A DNA stretch of 64,000 nt from Eledone cirrhosa (Eukaryota), in contig OZ024745.1 in assembly GCA_964016885.1 (NCBI GenBank), positions 95,914,001-95,978,000 of the forward strand, read 5' to 3'. The translations under genes and the position numbers were made by a program. Below the pieces are notes generated by a model. That model did not search any database and was not told the DNA's origin. It was given only the letters and a program-made list of their open reading frames with translations. Below, piece after piece: positions 1 through 14,104 of this stretch. How positions within the stretch are numbered: position 1 is the stretch's first letter; each line of letters opens with the position of its first letter.

Positions 1-574
1 ATCAACATTGTAGTTGTCATCATAACCATCCCCACTATTGTTATCATTATCAAAAATAACGCTACCCATATCTGCCAGTTTCCCTGCAATCATCTCCACT
101 ACCAATATTAATAATACTAATTTTGCAACTATTATCACTACCAACATTCATTTGTACTCCAGTTGCTGCTATCAACATCCCTTTGTCTTCATCCATCCCT
201 ATCACCTCCCTCATTATCACCATAAATATCATCATCATAGTCATCTTCACAGTCATAATCATTTTATCATCATCATGTGATATTCCCTTGAAAATCAACA
301 TAGTATCCAATCCATTCTATATTTTTCACTCTGCAATTGTAAATTCTTCACTAGCAGATGCTGTTCTTAGCAGATTAAAAAAAAGAAAAAAGTAACTTGT
401 GCAAATGGGCGTATAATAAAACATGTCTTTAAGGAAAGAAAAAAAAAATTCTAAGATTTTACTTGCATGCATTTAATGGTGCAGTGAGTGCATACAGATT
501 ATTTTCTTGGAAGTTACTGCACTATGCTAGTTTTGCATAGCTTCCTCAATAAATATAATAATAATAATATTCTT

Positions 575-1200
575 GTTGATGCCGTTGTTGCTATTATTAT
601 GTAGTTGTTACTGTTGTTAATTTTGTAGTGGTTGCTATTGTTGTTGTTTGGTAGTGGTTGTTGTTGTTGCTATTGTTAATTTTGTAGACGTTGTTGTTCT
701 GTTGTTAATTTTGTAGACATTGTTGTTGCTGTTATTGTTTTTGTAGTGGTTGTTGCTGTTGCTAATTTTGTAGTTGTTGTTGCTGTTGTTGTTTTGTAGA
801 CATTGTTGCTGTTGTTGTTTTGTAGACGTTGTTGTTGTTGCTAATATTGTAGTTGTTGTTAATTTTGTAGTTGTTGTTAATTTTGTAGTGGTTGTTGCTT
901 TTGCTAATTTTGTAGATGTTGCTGCTGTTGTTTTGTAGACATTGTTGCTATCATTAATTTTGTAGATGTTGCTGTTGCTACTTTTGTAGTGGTTGTTGCT
1001 GTTGTTAATTTTGTAGATGTTGCTATTGCTAATTTTGCAGGGGTTGTTGCTGTCGTTAATTTTGTAGATGTTGCTGTTGCTAATTTTGTAGTGGTTGTTG
1101 CTGTTGTTGCTTTTGCAGTCACTGTTGCTGTTTTTAATTGTGTAGTTGTTTTTGTAGCAGTTGTCGCTGTTGTTGTTGTTAATTTTGTAGTTGCTTTTGT
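575..1200. repeat. (GTT)n-rich degenerate minisatellite with recurring TTAATTTTGTAG motif
   Basis: Many variants of 'gttgctgttgctaattttgtagatgtt'. The V/A- and T/A-rich ORFs here are by-products of the repeat. Confidence 0.85.
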
Positions 1201-1724
1201 TATTTTATATAGCGTTCTTTTTTCAAATATTTTTCTTTATTTCTGTAAATCAGTAAATGTGCACCAGCTGATACCATCTGTCATGTGTCATATCACTAAG
1301 ACATCTCTGATTTCAAGGATTTTTATTTCTTTTTTATTTCTTTATTCATTTATTCGTTAATTTACTTCATTTGCATTTTTCGTTTTAATTTTAATTTTTT
1401 AATTTTTGTTGTTGTTGAATTATTACAGATTCTGTTTGAAGCAGCACATTCTTATAGCAACCTTTTGCTTCTATGTTAACTTGTATATAACCAATCGACT
1501 TTAAGCATTCCTTTCACAATATTATAGTTTGTTTATCTTTTTGTATTCTTTATATTTTGTTGTTACTTTATGTCTTTCTCTGGCCCAGTAAATGTTGATA
1601 ACAGTAACAACAGCAACAAGTAAATGATGAGAAAAAAAATTAAATTAAATATAAGTATAAAAATTATTTTAAAAAAACAAACAAAAATAAACAATGCATG
1701 AATTAAATATTTGCATAAAACGGC

Positions 1725-1850
1725 ATCATCTTTATCATCACCACCACCATCATCACCATTATCATTATCATCACCATCAACAGCATCACCATCATCATCA
1801 TTACCACCACCACCATCACCATCACCACCACCATAATCATCACCATCATA
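1725..1850. repeat. (CAT/CAC)n microsatellite
   Basis: Direct reading; source of the poly-His ORF 1694-1897. Confidence 0.9.
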
Positions 1851-4236
1851 ATTATTTTACATCTATTTTTCTGTATTGGCATGAGTTGGATGAATAATTA
1901 CAGACAAATCCAATACTTAATTGATGCTAGTGTCCTCCTATATCAGTTGATAAGATCACATCTCACTCAATACATTCCAATTTTGTTATGGTTTCTATGG
2001 CTGGATGCCCTTCTTAACTTTACACAGTGTACTGAGTGCATTTGATCATGGCACTAGCATTAGAGGAATTGCTATGTCCTTGACATGCCTGAAGAGTCCT
2101 CTTTACCATATGTTGTTATTCTTTGAATCCAACCATTTTATGGAGTGTGCTGAGTACCTTTTAATACTGTCACCGACATTAAAGAGGTCACCTTGTTCCA
2201 AAGAAATTTCAGAAATTCATAATTGACTATCTAGATATTTCTTTAAATATTGCTTTCCTACTTTGACATAATGTCAAATTTTGTAAGTAGGAATATCAAT
2301 CATAGAATATTACAGGTACTTCTGACTTAACAACTTTATATATTTCATAAATAATTGTATGTATACATTTTCAAAAATATTGCATTTGTCCTTAGGCATA
2401 AATTCATATTTTCTAGGGACAGAGCATAATCAACTAGCCTGGCTAGCTGATTGCAGTATCATCATCATGATCTCTGTTTAATGTCCATTTTTCCACGCTG
2501 GCATGAGTTTGATGAGTTATCCTGTTGTGAGCAATGCCAGGTCAGGTGACTATGTCTTGAACTGATTTTGGCTTGGTTTCAACAGTTGGATGCCCTTCCT
2601 AGTGCCAAGTATATTATTGCTAATTATAAAGTAAACTGTATACATTTTCTAATTGACCCCATGAACTTCTTAAAATGTTGCTTTCATCATTAGGCAAACT
2701 TTCATAAGTATGAGTATCAGCAACATTACTGGTATGAGTGAATAAATGAGTCTCTCTATGCTAGAAATAGCCACCAGATTCCCTCAAATCAAAACTTAAT
2801 GTTTTAATAAAGTGAGAACACACCGAACAATGTCAGTCTAGATATCAAGAAACATGAAATAGTGAGTGCTGGAACAGTTTTGAGAACAAGTCTACTCAAT
2901 CATGTCTGACCTGAAGCTAAACAACAACAGTAGCAGGTAATTACAAAAGAAAATATTAAAAAAAACTTATACTATATATTTCATAGAATATTACTTAACT
3001 CACTGGCAGAAAGCCATATTTTGTAGGAAAGGAATCAAGTGAACTAGTTTAAAACTGTATATTACCAGTACTTGTTTTAAGTATAGCAAAAGACTGAAAA
3101 GCAAATATGACTCTTGTAGGATTCAATCCCAAAGCAGAGACAGAAAAAAAAGTAAGTAATGAAAAACATTATAGACAGTAAATTGGCAGATGCATTAAAG
3201 CAGCTGACAAAATACCTGGTGGTGTTTTTTTCCAGTCCTTTGCATCAGTGAATTCAAATCCCAACAAAGTCAGCTATGTATTTGATCCTTCTGGGGTAGA
3301 TAAAGTACCACCTCAAGGTGGTGAAATGGCAGAATCATCAGAGAATCAAACAGGATGCCTTGCAGTATTTTTTCTGTCTGTTTGTATTCTGAGTTCAAAC
3401 CTTATCATGGCCCACTTGAGCAGTAGATTTAATTCATCGGCACCACCTTGTCTTTAATGGTCTTTAGTTGAGTTTACTAGTTACAAGCATTCAGGCCAGG
3501 CCTCCAGTTTCAGGATACCCTTTTCTCTGAAAACATAGTGCCATGGTAGTGGTGGCGGTGGTGGTGGTGGGAGAGCTCTTTCTGGATAAATGGTAAAGAC
3601 TAAATATTTAGTTTGGCACTTAAACTTCTACCAACTTTCAAATTTCCTAAAATAATATTTTTAAAAATAATTATATATTTTTTTGTTATTTTTTCTTTTG
3701 TAGTTTTGCATCCATTTCCCCCTCCATTCTACAATTGGTTTGGTGGAATGACTCTTAGCTAGAGTTAAATGTAACCTACTGGTTACAATATCGATCTTAC
3801 AATAGTAATGTTATGGGTGCAATTCTTGGACTCTGCATTGTATTCTTGAGCAAATCACTTCCTTTTATGATGCTCAAGTCCACCCAACTGAAAAGAAATT
3901 CCAACAGTAGCTGAGAGTTAATCCTGCAATGGACTAGCATCCTGTCTAAATAGGGAGTCTTGTCGTCACAGTCACTTAACATCAATTAATTAGGGATAAG
4001 TATTGACCTAATGAGTCTCCAGGCTTGCTATGAACTTTAACTTTTGAATTTTACAGTTAGAACCTGTTAGGCAACGTGAGGTAACCAGAATTATGTACCT
4101 TTATTAAAAACATGACACAATGACTGTGGTAAAAGCATTTAATTCTTGAGTTAGTCAGTAACTTCTCCACTAGAGGTGGAATAATCAAATGTTTAACAAG
4201 AGATGGTGCTTAGACTTATTTTTATTTTTGCATTAA

Positions 4237-4452
4237 ACCTTTAGCATTTAAACCAGCCATATCCAGTGAGAATTCTCTCACCTTTTTCTGTTCAAATGAG
4301 CTGGTTACAGCCATTCATACTGACATTAAGGTATTGTTCTCAAAATAAATATCAAAATCTCATAGATTCGATATTATGTGAGATAATTATGTGAGGTAAA
4401 GCCTTTACTGTGAAAATATAATAGTAAATATAAAGTAATATAAACAGAAAGG
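4237..4452 (-). mobile_element. piggyBac-type MITE, degenerate copy
   Basis: TTAA then acctttagcatt; reverse-complement homologue of the copies at 21149 and 35941. Confidence 0.65.
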
Positions 4453-4798
4453 CATATCTAAGAATTGGTACTTATTTCTGATAACTAAATGAATTTAGAT
4501 ATATATAAGTGTTTCATTAAAAAAAATGAAAAGCTTGCAACAGAATTGAACTCAAGTCATATAAAAGGAAAGTTACTTACTCTATCCACTAAGCCAGTTC
4601 ATTTATACTTTCATTTTTCATGCATGACTCAGTCTGACTTTTGCTGAAACAACTAAAACAGCAGCCACTTAATTAATACAGGTTAAACATACAACTGGAA
4701 CTGAATATTTTGGTGAATATATATTTTAATTGATATAAAGTTTATTGATTACATGTCAAAGGGAATATATCTGAAATATTCATGATGATATATTGGCA

Positions 4799-4909
<111 letters not shown>

Positions 4910-7656
4910 GTGTGAAAGACAGGATGGACAATAAAAGTTCTTTATTTGTATAATGCAGTTTATTGGTAAATGCTAAAGAATGTTAGAAGTTCTTGGTTAA
5001 GCAAAAATTTCAATGCAATTTTCATTTTGGGTTAGAATTATTTAAATATTATGTTGCTAATGTTGTTGGTAATGGCATGAAGGCCATCACAAATTCAGCT
5101 CATTTTTATTTTCTATGAAATCAACATGTTTTAATGTCCATTGAAGAATAAAGAATACCTCTGATTTAAAAAAAAAACGTCAAGCTGAGCATACAGACGT
5201 TTGATAATTGATTTTGGTTTCCACATTTACAGGAGATATGAAGTATTGATTAATTGACATGGCTTTAAAGATTATTTGATAAAACTAATTATCTGTCTTT
5301 TTTTCATGTTGTTTATTTTATTAGCAATTTGACATCCAGCCTTTAGTGTGCAATATGGCTTGGATGTATTGTTTAATGCTGGAGTTCTGATCCTGGCAAA
5401 ACTAGCTTCAAACAGCCATCACAGAGTGTAGAGCTTATTGTTGCCAGCAGCAACATTAGAATTGCAAAACCAATGTGTTACCAAACAGCCTGGAAAACTA
5501 TGTTCAGTTTCTCCTCCTACGTGATAGTTAAGCTACAACAGATAGGCAACACATCCAATGTGAGCTTTGTCTCTCGTTTATTTAGCCCTAAAGGAAACTA
5601 GAATAAGTGTCATAGAAACATTAATAAAACTCAAAAATATTAAGCTATATTTACACATTGAAATCATAGATTGAGAACAAAGCCACACAAGCTTTTAGAA
5701 GTAAATGAAACTGACAAGATATGCTTTATAGGTATGAAAGAATAATGTAAAGAATTATAGAAGAGGCAGAAAAAAAAGAAACAAAAAACTTGAAACTCTC
5801 TGTCAGAAATAAGATAATGTATATATACACACAAATCATCCCTAGCATATTCTACAGCTTCAATATAATAGATTGGAATCGAACATTTTACATTACCCCC
5901 TACCTTCTCCAGAAAATTACTAATAGCATTTTAAATCAATCAGTAGTACTTACATCTATTGTTCTAAATATATTAGAACCTTTCCTAGTAAAGGAATATA
6001 TGGATAAACAGTAGATTGTTGTATAGTATACAGTGTGGCTATCCAGGCATGTTTTTTTTCACTATCCAATGGATCCTTTGTAATTTTTGATAATGAACAT
6101 TACATTCAGTTGTAGAATCAATTGAATGTCATATTCATTAAATTAGAATGTAAGTGGTTGAGTATTTTACAGGCACGTGTACACTTAAGGTAATTCTAAG
6201 GCAGATTCAACATGACACAATCTGTAACAAGGTTGGACATTTGAATAACAGGCCCAATCCATCTGATAGGATTTCACAGCTTCTATCTACCCAATTTCAC
6301 TCGGGTCTAAGGTGATGGTAAGAGACACTTGCCCAAGATGTTTTACAGTGGAATTGAACTTAAATCTTGTGATTACAAAGCAAATTTCTGAACCATTCAG
6401 CTATGCTACATTCACTTTTTTTGGCAAAACCAAGTGGCAGGAGACTTAGGGATAGACTCTGAGCAAGATGGTTGGATAACATCCATGAGCTCATCTGGTC
6501 TCACCTGGAGATCCAGCCAAATCAATTGGAGACGGTTGCTTCTGACAGAACATGTTAGAAGACGTACTTGAGGACTCTTCTCCCATGTCCCTCCTTGGAA
6601 TAAGTAGAATTAGGAACAAAAACATTCCAGCTGTGAACATCCTTTCTTCTTTTCCCAAATATTGTATTTCTAGAACTACATTATCTAATGTGTCATTCTT
6701 TTTTAAAGAAAGTAAGATATGATTCAAAGAAGATTTGGTTACTATTTCTGGAAAATTAAGCAGCCTTGGTTTTTAGAAACTTTTCATTGACCACACTCAA
6801 GGCTGAAATCGTTAACTCAGAATGTGATAGTTTTTGTTTCTACACTTATCATTAGCCAATATACAACCTAGCAGAATGTTTTGTTGTTAATGAAGTAATT
6901 TATGTGGCTGCTATATTTCTGTGTATGTATTTCATGTCTTGTCTATCTAGATTCAGTGCAACGGATAATATTTTTAAGATTGTATGATTGGGGCAGGTTT
7001 TTTGCATAGCAATAGATTTTTCTTGCATTCAAATATAAATTAGGTATAGAACTTGTTTATCAATCAGGCAGACTTAGTTAAGCAGAGTTATGTGCCTATT
7101 TATCAAATATAAGTTCTAGATGAATGTTTGAAGAACTCTAGAATATCCTTTTGTAGAATCAAACACACAAAGACACACACACACATATATATACATACAT
7201 ACATAAAGGATAAATGTGAAAGAGCAGGAATTGGGTTATGGATCACAGGGGATTAGGAATTAGCAGAGAGAAGACTAAGATATGACAAGATAAGAGTAGA
7301 TAAATACAGATAAGATAACTAATGTCGGATATGATAAAATAATATCTGATAACATATAACAAAGAAAAAGAATATATATTTTCCAAGTTCAAAAATATAG
7401 ATCACAGAATATCATTTTGGAAATTATGCAGAAATTGTGCATTTCATATGAAAAGTCATCTATAGCAATACAATATCTCCAAGGCATCTAAATATCAAAC
7501 TCTGCAAGTAAGAAGACTTCTTATATATTCAACATTTTATTTCTTCCTTCATTTATTTTGATGTCACTGTTGGAATCCCCAAAGAAGAATATGTAATATC
7601 AGTTTTAATCCCCAAAGAGGAATATTTAATATCAATTTTAGAAGCAGCCCTTGCTG

Positions 7657-7688
<32 letters not shown>

Positions 7689-7689
7689 T

Positions 7690-8193
7690 GCAGGGCAATG
7701 AAAATTGATGGAAGCTGCAGAGTGGGTTGACTAAGAAAATCCTGGGATGAGGTGATAAAAACTCACCTTGCTCACCTACACCTCTCTAAGAACAATGACG
7801 CTATATCAAGACCTTTAACGCCATGCAGTTGTACAGAAGACCTGACTGCCATTGCATACAAACCTACAGTCAGTAGGCACCTCTTAACTCAATGTACACC
7901 TCACCGCCACACCATACCCCACCCTTCCTCTCCCGTTCTGTCCACTGTGTCAATGACACAACAGTCTACACTGTAAAGTGGCTGTGTAGGAGACACGGTG
8001 AAAAGGGTCCCAGTCCACACTGTAAATGTGGTTGGTGTTAGGAAGGGCATCCAGCTGTAAAAAAAAAACCTGCCAGAGACGCTTCCATGCGAGCGAGACA
8101 TGGTCTCCTGACCATTCCTACATCAAATGGAATAAGACCATCTAACCCATGCTAGTGTGGAAGAAGGATGTTAAACGATGATGATGATGATGA
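7690..8193 (+). mobile_element. RTE-related LINE/SINE 3' remnants ending in (GAT)n
   Basis: 'ggttggtgttaggaagggcatccagctgta' and 'acccatgctagtgtggaagaaggatgttaaacgatgatgatg', shared with SINE family B and RTE 3' ends elsewhere in the window. Confidence 0.6.
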
Positions 8194-8197
8194 TATA

Positions 8198-8350
8198 GGA
8201 AAAGAGTCAGGACCCCAACGGCTGAGCTCCGGCTGTTTTGACAGCTAGATTCAAACTAACTCTTTTCCTATTACCCACTCTACTACCCTAAGTATCGAGT
8301 ACCCTGGTGCATTATGGTCCACCTGGTATCTTACCACGCCTTCTTTGTTA
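8198..8350 (+). mobile_element. Short TA-inserted element, homologue of 63325-63504
   Basis: 'ttcctattacccactctactaccctaagtatcgagtaccctggtgcattatggtccacctggtatcttaccac' aligns by eye to the reverse complement of 63325-63410; TA-flanked. Confidence 0.65.
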
Positions 8351-8644
8351 TATATATATATATATTCAAGTTATTCAGGGTGTACAGCTAATATTTTTTC
8401 TATTTCCCACATTTTACACAGTTGTATACTATTGGTGGTAATATTGTAAACAGTCAAATTTATTGCATATATATTTTTAACAAAAGCACTTTTCATGTAT
8501 CAGCATACATTCATTCTTAAATCCATGTTGTATTACTCATCAAATGGCTTCATGAAATTGCCATTACTGGTTGGATAGAAGCACCAAGGCTTCCTTAAGG
8601 CCTAATTATTGAATATTGACCTAGAAGTACTCTGGAGGATTTAA

Positions 8645-9008
8645 AAATATACATTAAAGAAATAATTCTAAAAATTTTACAGCAAAATCAAAAACATATT
8701 GAAGAAATTCAGGTCACGGAAACTAGACATCGAAAACAAATTGTTGCTGTTCTTAAGTCCTGAGAGCCTTACAAAGCTGAAATAAAGGTTTATGGCATTT
8801 ATTAGAATAATGGTTTCTTATATAGGCACAAGGCCAGCAATTTTGGGGAAGGGGAAAGTCGATTAAATCGATCCCAGTGCGTGACTGGTACTTTATTTTG
8901 TCATGTATTGGGGTTGGTTTAATCGACTGGTTTCTGTGACCTGAATTTCTTCAATATGTTTTTGCTTTTGCTGTAAAATTTTTAGAATTATTTCTTTAAT
9001 GCATATTT
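8645..9008. mobile_element. Inverted-repeat (MITE/foldback-like) element, ~80-bp arms, SINE 3' fragment inside
   Basis: 8645-8726 is a near reverse complement of 8927-9008; SINE-A tail fragment at ~8806-8900. Confidence 0.7.
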
Positions 9009-10445
9009 AGAATAATAACAGTCATTTAAATTTCACAGAAAGAACTGTTTCAAGCAAATAGGTCTTATGCTAACAGTCATTTTTTCGAACCAATTATGAT
9101 ATCTTTATAATGAACATACAGCTTGCAGTGTTCTAATGGAAGGGCTTGAATTAACAGACATCGTAGCTTGTTCTAATGTAACATGAATAGCTTTCACTGG
9201 AAGTCAGTTTAACTCAAGAACCCTGAAAGTCAAAAAGGAGAAAAAATACTCACTTCACATGTATTGCATCTCAGAGGAAGGCCAGCTAATTGGCTGGCAG
9301 TTAGCGTTTGTCTGGTACTTTCCTGCATACAACCTTGCCTTTTGTTTTGGGGATACATGTCTTTAAACTGTGTGGTATGTATGTAATCAACACAAGATTC
9401 AGCTTCATAGCAGCATCCAGTTGCTTCTATTGTTAAAGTATGTACATTGATGGTGCTGAATCTGGTAATTGACAAGCAATGAATAACATTGTACTATCCA
9501 GTACTTTGTTCTTTAAAGATAGCTTTAATCACATATAAAGTTCATAACATATTTTAATGTCAGACTTTGTGTTTGGTAAATGAAGCTTGCCAACATTTGA
9601 AACAAAATAAGGGAAGGATTTCAATTAAAAAAACTCAGGTAAGTACTATACTCAATTCTGCATAAATGTGTATAGTTAACCAAAGGGTGCCAAACTTTTT
9701 AACAACACTTTGATCTTCTCCTGCTTAGATTCTGCTCTGTGTTGACGTTTTCTGAAGAGCAAAATAGAATTTCTCTTGATTTTATCATGATGGAGTAGCT
9801 GAACACATCAAAGGCATTATTGATGAATTCATGGTACTGCTTAAAGCCTCTCAGGTGTGGACTGTAGCTACCTTTGATGTTTTCATGCAGTTGCAATAGT
9901 TGAGAGTTATTAGATTTGAGAACCTATCCAAAGATGGATTGTCCATTTATTGATGATAAACCTATATTGTGTTGATAAACCTATATTCTGGTGTTTCATG
10001 TTGCTGAGAATCTCAGAATTATCTTCAAGAATTTATTCCTTCTTAAATTGCTTTTGTAATCAGGCCTCTGGCCTCAAAAGCATCCATCTTTGAAAACCCA
10101 CCTGAAACTTTTACAACCTTATTCTACTGCTTATGAGTCTGATCAAATGAGACCATAGAGAATTTGCTGGGGGTCATAGAAAAAAAACAGTGGGGCTTTT
10201 CAAACTTATTCTTGAAAGTTTTTATCTCTGTGAGTGCTAATAAAGATGGGAATTAAGGTTTCATATCACATGATGGATCCCAGTACATGAATGTAGGGCT
10301 TGTATTCTGCATGCCATTCTTTAGGACATAGCACACTTTTGGTTTGTTGCCATGGCAACGTCAAGTTGTCGGTCAGCAGGTGGAGAAAATCCTTCCTCTG
10401 GCTGACCTTTGTCTTTGACATCTGCTACTATGACAGTGACAGGGG

Positions 10446-13400
10446 GAAGCTGTAAGCCACGGCACCCCCAGCCCTCCTTTCGAAGGGTGTTGACAGCAGA
10501 TGGATCTTCTCACCATAGGAGCCCGCTTCTTCCAAAGAAATTTGAAGAGTGCGCGCTCCATTTTGGCGAGCGTTTCCCTGTTTCCCTTGGGCAAGGCACA
10601 ACGGCCAGGCGGTAGTAGATGACGGACGTTATATAAGTGTTCGGCACCTCGGCCCAACCTTTCAGGGACAGTTTGCACTCAGCCCACTTCTGTGTCAGTG
10701 CAAACACCCTGTTCGTTACCACACCCCAGTTCTTCTCCACTTGGAGATCTGGTCCGAACCAGACCCCGAGCAACTTTACCGGGCCCTCCGTCCAGCGATC
10801 GACTTGTCCCGGTTCAGCTTAGCCCCTGTAAACCTTTCGTACTCCCCCAGTAAGGTGCCGATCGCCCCGATTTCCGAGGCCGTCGACACCATTACTGTTA
10901 CGTCATTGGCGTAGGCCGACGCCGCTTTCCGCAATCCTGTTTCCAAGGGGATGCCCTGCAACAACTCCAACTTCCGCAGCAGTGGCTCTAGAGTCATTAC
11001 ATACAGAAGGGAGGAGAAAGGGCACCCTTGTCGGATGGACCGCGCGATTTCGAACGGCTCCGAGAAGTAGCCGTTCACCTTGACTCTAGAGCAGATGCGA
11101 CTGCTGTGCATGGCAGTGACCCAGCCTCTGAAAACGGGTCCGAAGCCTGCCGCCTCTAGCACCGCATCCAGGTAACCATGATCGACCCTATCGAACGCCT
11201 TAGATTGATCCAAGTTGATCAGGGCCCCACCAAAGCCGGGTTTGTTCCCAACCCTCTCTATGAGGTGGAGGTTGTCGTGGATGGACCTAGACGTGATAGC
11301 ACATGTCTGCGTATCTCCCACCAGGTTGCCCACAACAAGCGCCAACCTCTTTGCTAGCACCTAGGCCAAAATCTGTAACTCTGTATTTAGCAGAGTTATG
11401 GGCCTGAAATTACTTATATCGTCCCCCTTGTTCTCGTCCTTCCTCACTAGCGTGACTACGCCCTTGGTCACAGCACAGGGAATTCTCCCGTTCTGTTGCC
11501 AGTTGCAGTAGACCGCCTCGAGGAGATCGGGGAACATAGCTAGATATAGTTCGTATGGAAGAACATCGAAACCCAGGGATTTGCGTTTGCCGCATTGGCT
11601 CAGCACGTTCTCTATCTCAGCGGCTGAAATCGGCTCCTCGCAAGACTTCGCCTCCTTGTCCGAGAGACAAGGCAGGCCATCGAGATATGGACCGAAGTCC
11701 ACTTCCCCAACCGGCTACCCGCCCCTTCCGAACAATCTGGCAAAGTGCTTTTGAAAAGCCTCGCACATCTGCTTAGGTTCAAGGATCTCCCGTCCATCCT
11801 GGTCTCGCAAAGACCGGATAGTGGATCTAATCCCTCTTTGTGGCTTCTGTCACGTGGGCCCTCGTTTCGCAGAGCACGTATTTTGCTTCGGACGATGCAG
11901 CCTTCGTGTTTCGCGTCGAAGAACTGGCACAGGGCCGTTCTCTATGCTAGCACTCTGGCCACGTCGCCGCTTCTAATTGCCTCTTCTACACTATTTACCA
12001 ACTCCCTTTCCTTCCTATTTCTATTTGAGGCTAACTCCTTACTAAATTCTTTAGAGACTACCCTAATCTCTCTTTTGAGAGATCCCCACCACCTGCTGTT
12101 GACGATGGCGCCTGTCAATCGCTCCTTAACTAAAGTGCTAATCCGGTCCCTGTAAGCTCTACTTGCCGGTAAGGACAAGCTGAGCTTCCAGTAACCGGAT
12201 CCCTGTCTATGTGTTCTGTCAAGGTTTACCATGCAGGTCACTAACTTGTGGTCTGAATAGCCAACCATGAGCATTTCTGGACAACTTAAAAAGTCATTAT
12301 CCCTATTTCTAACTAAGAACCTATCTAGGTACGACCTAGATGATCCGCTGAAGTTTGCCCAAGTCCAGGTTGGCGCAGTCGGAAAATCTAGTCGATATCT
12401 ATCAGCCAGGTCAAATCGGCCGATTAACCTTTTGAGGCTGTTACACCCCTCTCTATTTGGACAGGCCCCTACGTAGTCCCAACGTGCATCTAGGATACCA
12501 TTCCAGTCCCCCACTAATAGCAAGGAGCTCCCACTAATAGCAGCGTCCCTAGAAAAGTCTCCAGACGATGGAAGAAGTCCAGCCGCGTTGACCCGAAAGG
12601 GCCATAGACGGCTACCAGCCTAAACGCTCCGCCTTCACCACTGCCAAGGTCCAGAACCACTAGTCGATCCTCCGGGTCTAAATGTACCGTCTGTGTTGCG
12701 AGACCCAGATGTTTATGCAGCAGAACGACAACCCCACCCCACCTCCGGGCTGACAGAGAGATGCGTGCATCTCAAAGTCATCAAAGGTGGGGGCCAGCTG
12801 TTGCAAATAACCATCACATCTATACGTTGTGACCTGAGGTCATTTAGAAGCATTGCTTGCTTCCAAGTTGAGCCCAGGCCATGCGCATTTAGAGAACCTA
12901 CTCTCAGCATAGCCATGTTGGTGGTGAAGAGAAAAGGCACTTACCTCTCTGCGTCCCGGGTATAGGGCTGCTCAATTTCCATGAGGGTGTGGGATGGGTT
13001 GTAGGGTGGGGTGGTGGTTTGTGGAGGTGTAGAGGCATCAGTGTGTTGTGTGGTTGGGATGTTTGGAGTTGTGTGGGTGTTTGGGGAGGGGGTGGGGAAA
13101 TTTTTAGGAGGACGCGGTTAATGGGCCCGACGCAGGGAGGGGGGAGCCCACGTCCTCTTTAAAGTTGTTTTTTAGCGTTTTATATGTGTCCTCTGGGGCC
13201 TTAATCATTTTGAGGTGGGGGAAATCCCCTGCTTGGGTGAAGTTAGGCCCTTGGGTTTTCACTAAATTGGTGTTGTATACAATGTTTAGCAGTTTTTTTA
13301 TTTGTTGTGTTTATGTATGTGTATGCATGTTTTTTGTTTTTGTGTGGTGTTTTTTGTTTGCTCTTTTGTGTTGGTGTCTGTGTTATGTTTTGGAGAGGGG

Positions 13401-13910
13401 TTGTTTTCATTGTGTGTCTGAGGTGTGTTTTCTTTTTTTCTTTTGATTGTGTGGAAGTGCTCCTCCTCGTCTGACGACGAACGAGGGTCATCTTCCGTGT
13501 TGGAGGGGAGGGGTAGATTTTCGGGTTGTGTTTGCGGTGCGGGTGTTTTGGAAATTGTTTTTTTTTTTAGTGGGGGGGATGGTTTGGACAGTGTTTTGTT
13601 TTGGTTTGAGCTGTGGTTGTTGTTTTTGTAGTGGTGGTTGTGGTGATTGTGTTGGTTGTGCAGTTGTTGGTGGTGTAGGCAGGATTGGGGTTTTCTTTTT
13701 AAGTTGAGGACAGACAGCCCTCAGGTGACCTCTGGCTCCACAGTGGTAACACGAGGGCCGCCTACCCTCAACGGTAATGTTAATAAAAGTTTGGTCATCC
13801 AGTATTACGCGTTCAGGGATCTGGGCGATCCTTTCGGGCCTCATTTGAACTACAAGTTCGAGGCCCGTTCCACTGAACGCGTCACCCGATGCCTTTCCCA
13901 TGGATATTAG
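10446..13910 (-). mobile_element. Tx1-clade (L1 superfamily) LINE, decayed copy A: ORF1 zinc knuckle + ORF2 APE-RT, both ends missing
   Basis: ORF1 CYHCGARGHLRAVC (CCHC); APE motifs LRVGSLNAHGL, VGDWNG, SYLDRFLV, YSDHKLV, GYWKL; RT motifs FRPITLLN, LDQSKAFDRVDH, IRQGCP, AYANDV, GGLGVP. Several frameshifts and stops. Confidence 0.93.
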
Positions 13911-13934
13911 GAGATAGGTATGTGCATATATATA

Positions 13935-14104
13935 TTATATAGATAGATAAGATAGGTAGATAGATAGATAGATAGGTAGATAGATATATAAATAGATATA
14001 GCTAGATAGGTAGGTAGGTAGGTAGGTAGGTAGGTAGGTAGGTAGGTAGGTAGGTAGGTAGGTAGGTAGGTAGGTAAGTAAATAGATAGATAGATAGATA
14101 GGTA
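13935..14104. repeat. (GATA)/(GGTA)n tract = 3' tail of the adjacent Tx1 copy
   Basis: On the minus strand it directly follows GGCTAATAAAGAAATATATC. Confidence 0.9.

Noticed and set aside
904-1897. Thr/Ala-, Val- and His-rich ORFs
   Set aside because: Trinucleotide repeat artefacts.
9254-9426. Possible minus-strand exon (…LAGLPLRCNTCE|gtgagt)
   Set aside because: Weak acceptor, no recognisable homology, and a competing strong acceptor only ~30 nt downstream; unsupported without RNA data.
9699-10150. Possible decayed DNA transposase
   Set aside because: No motif could be identified with confidence.
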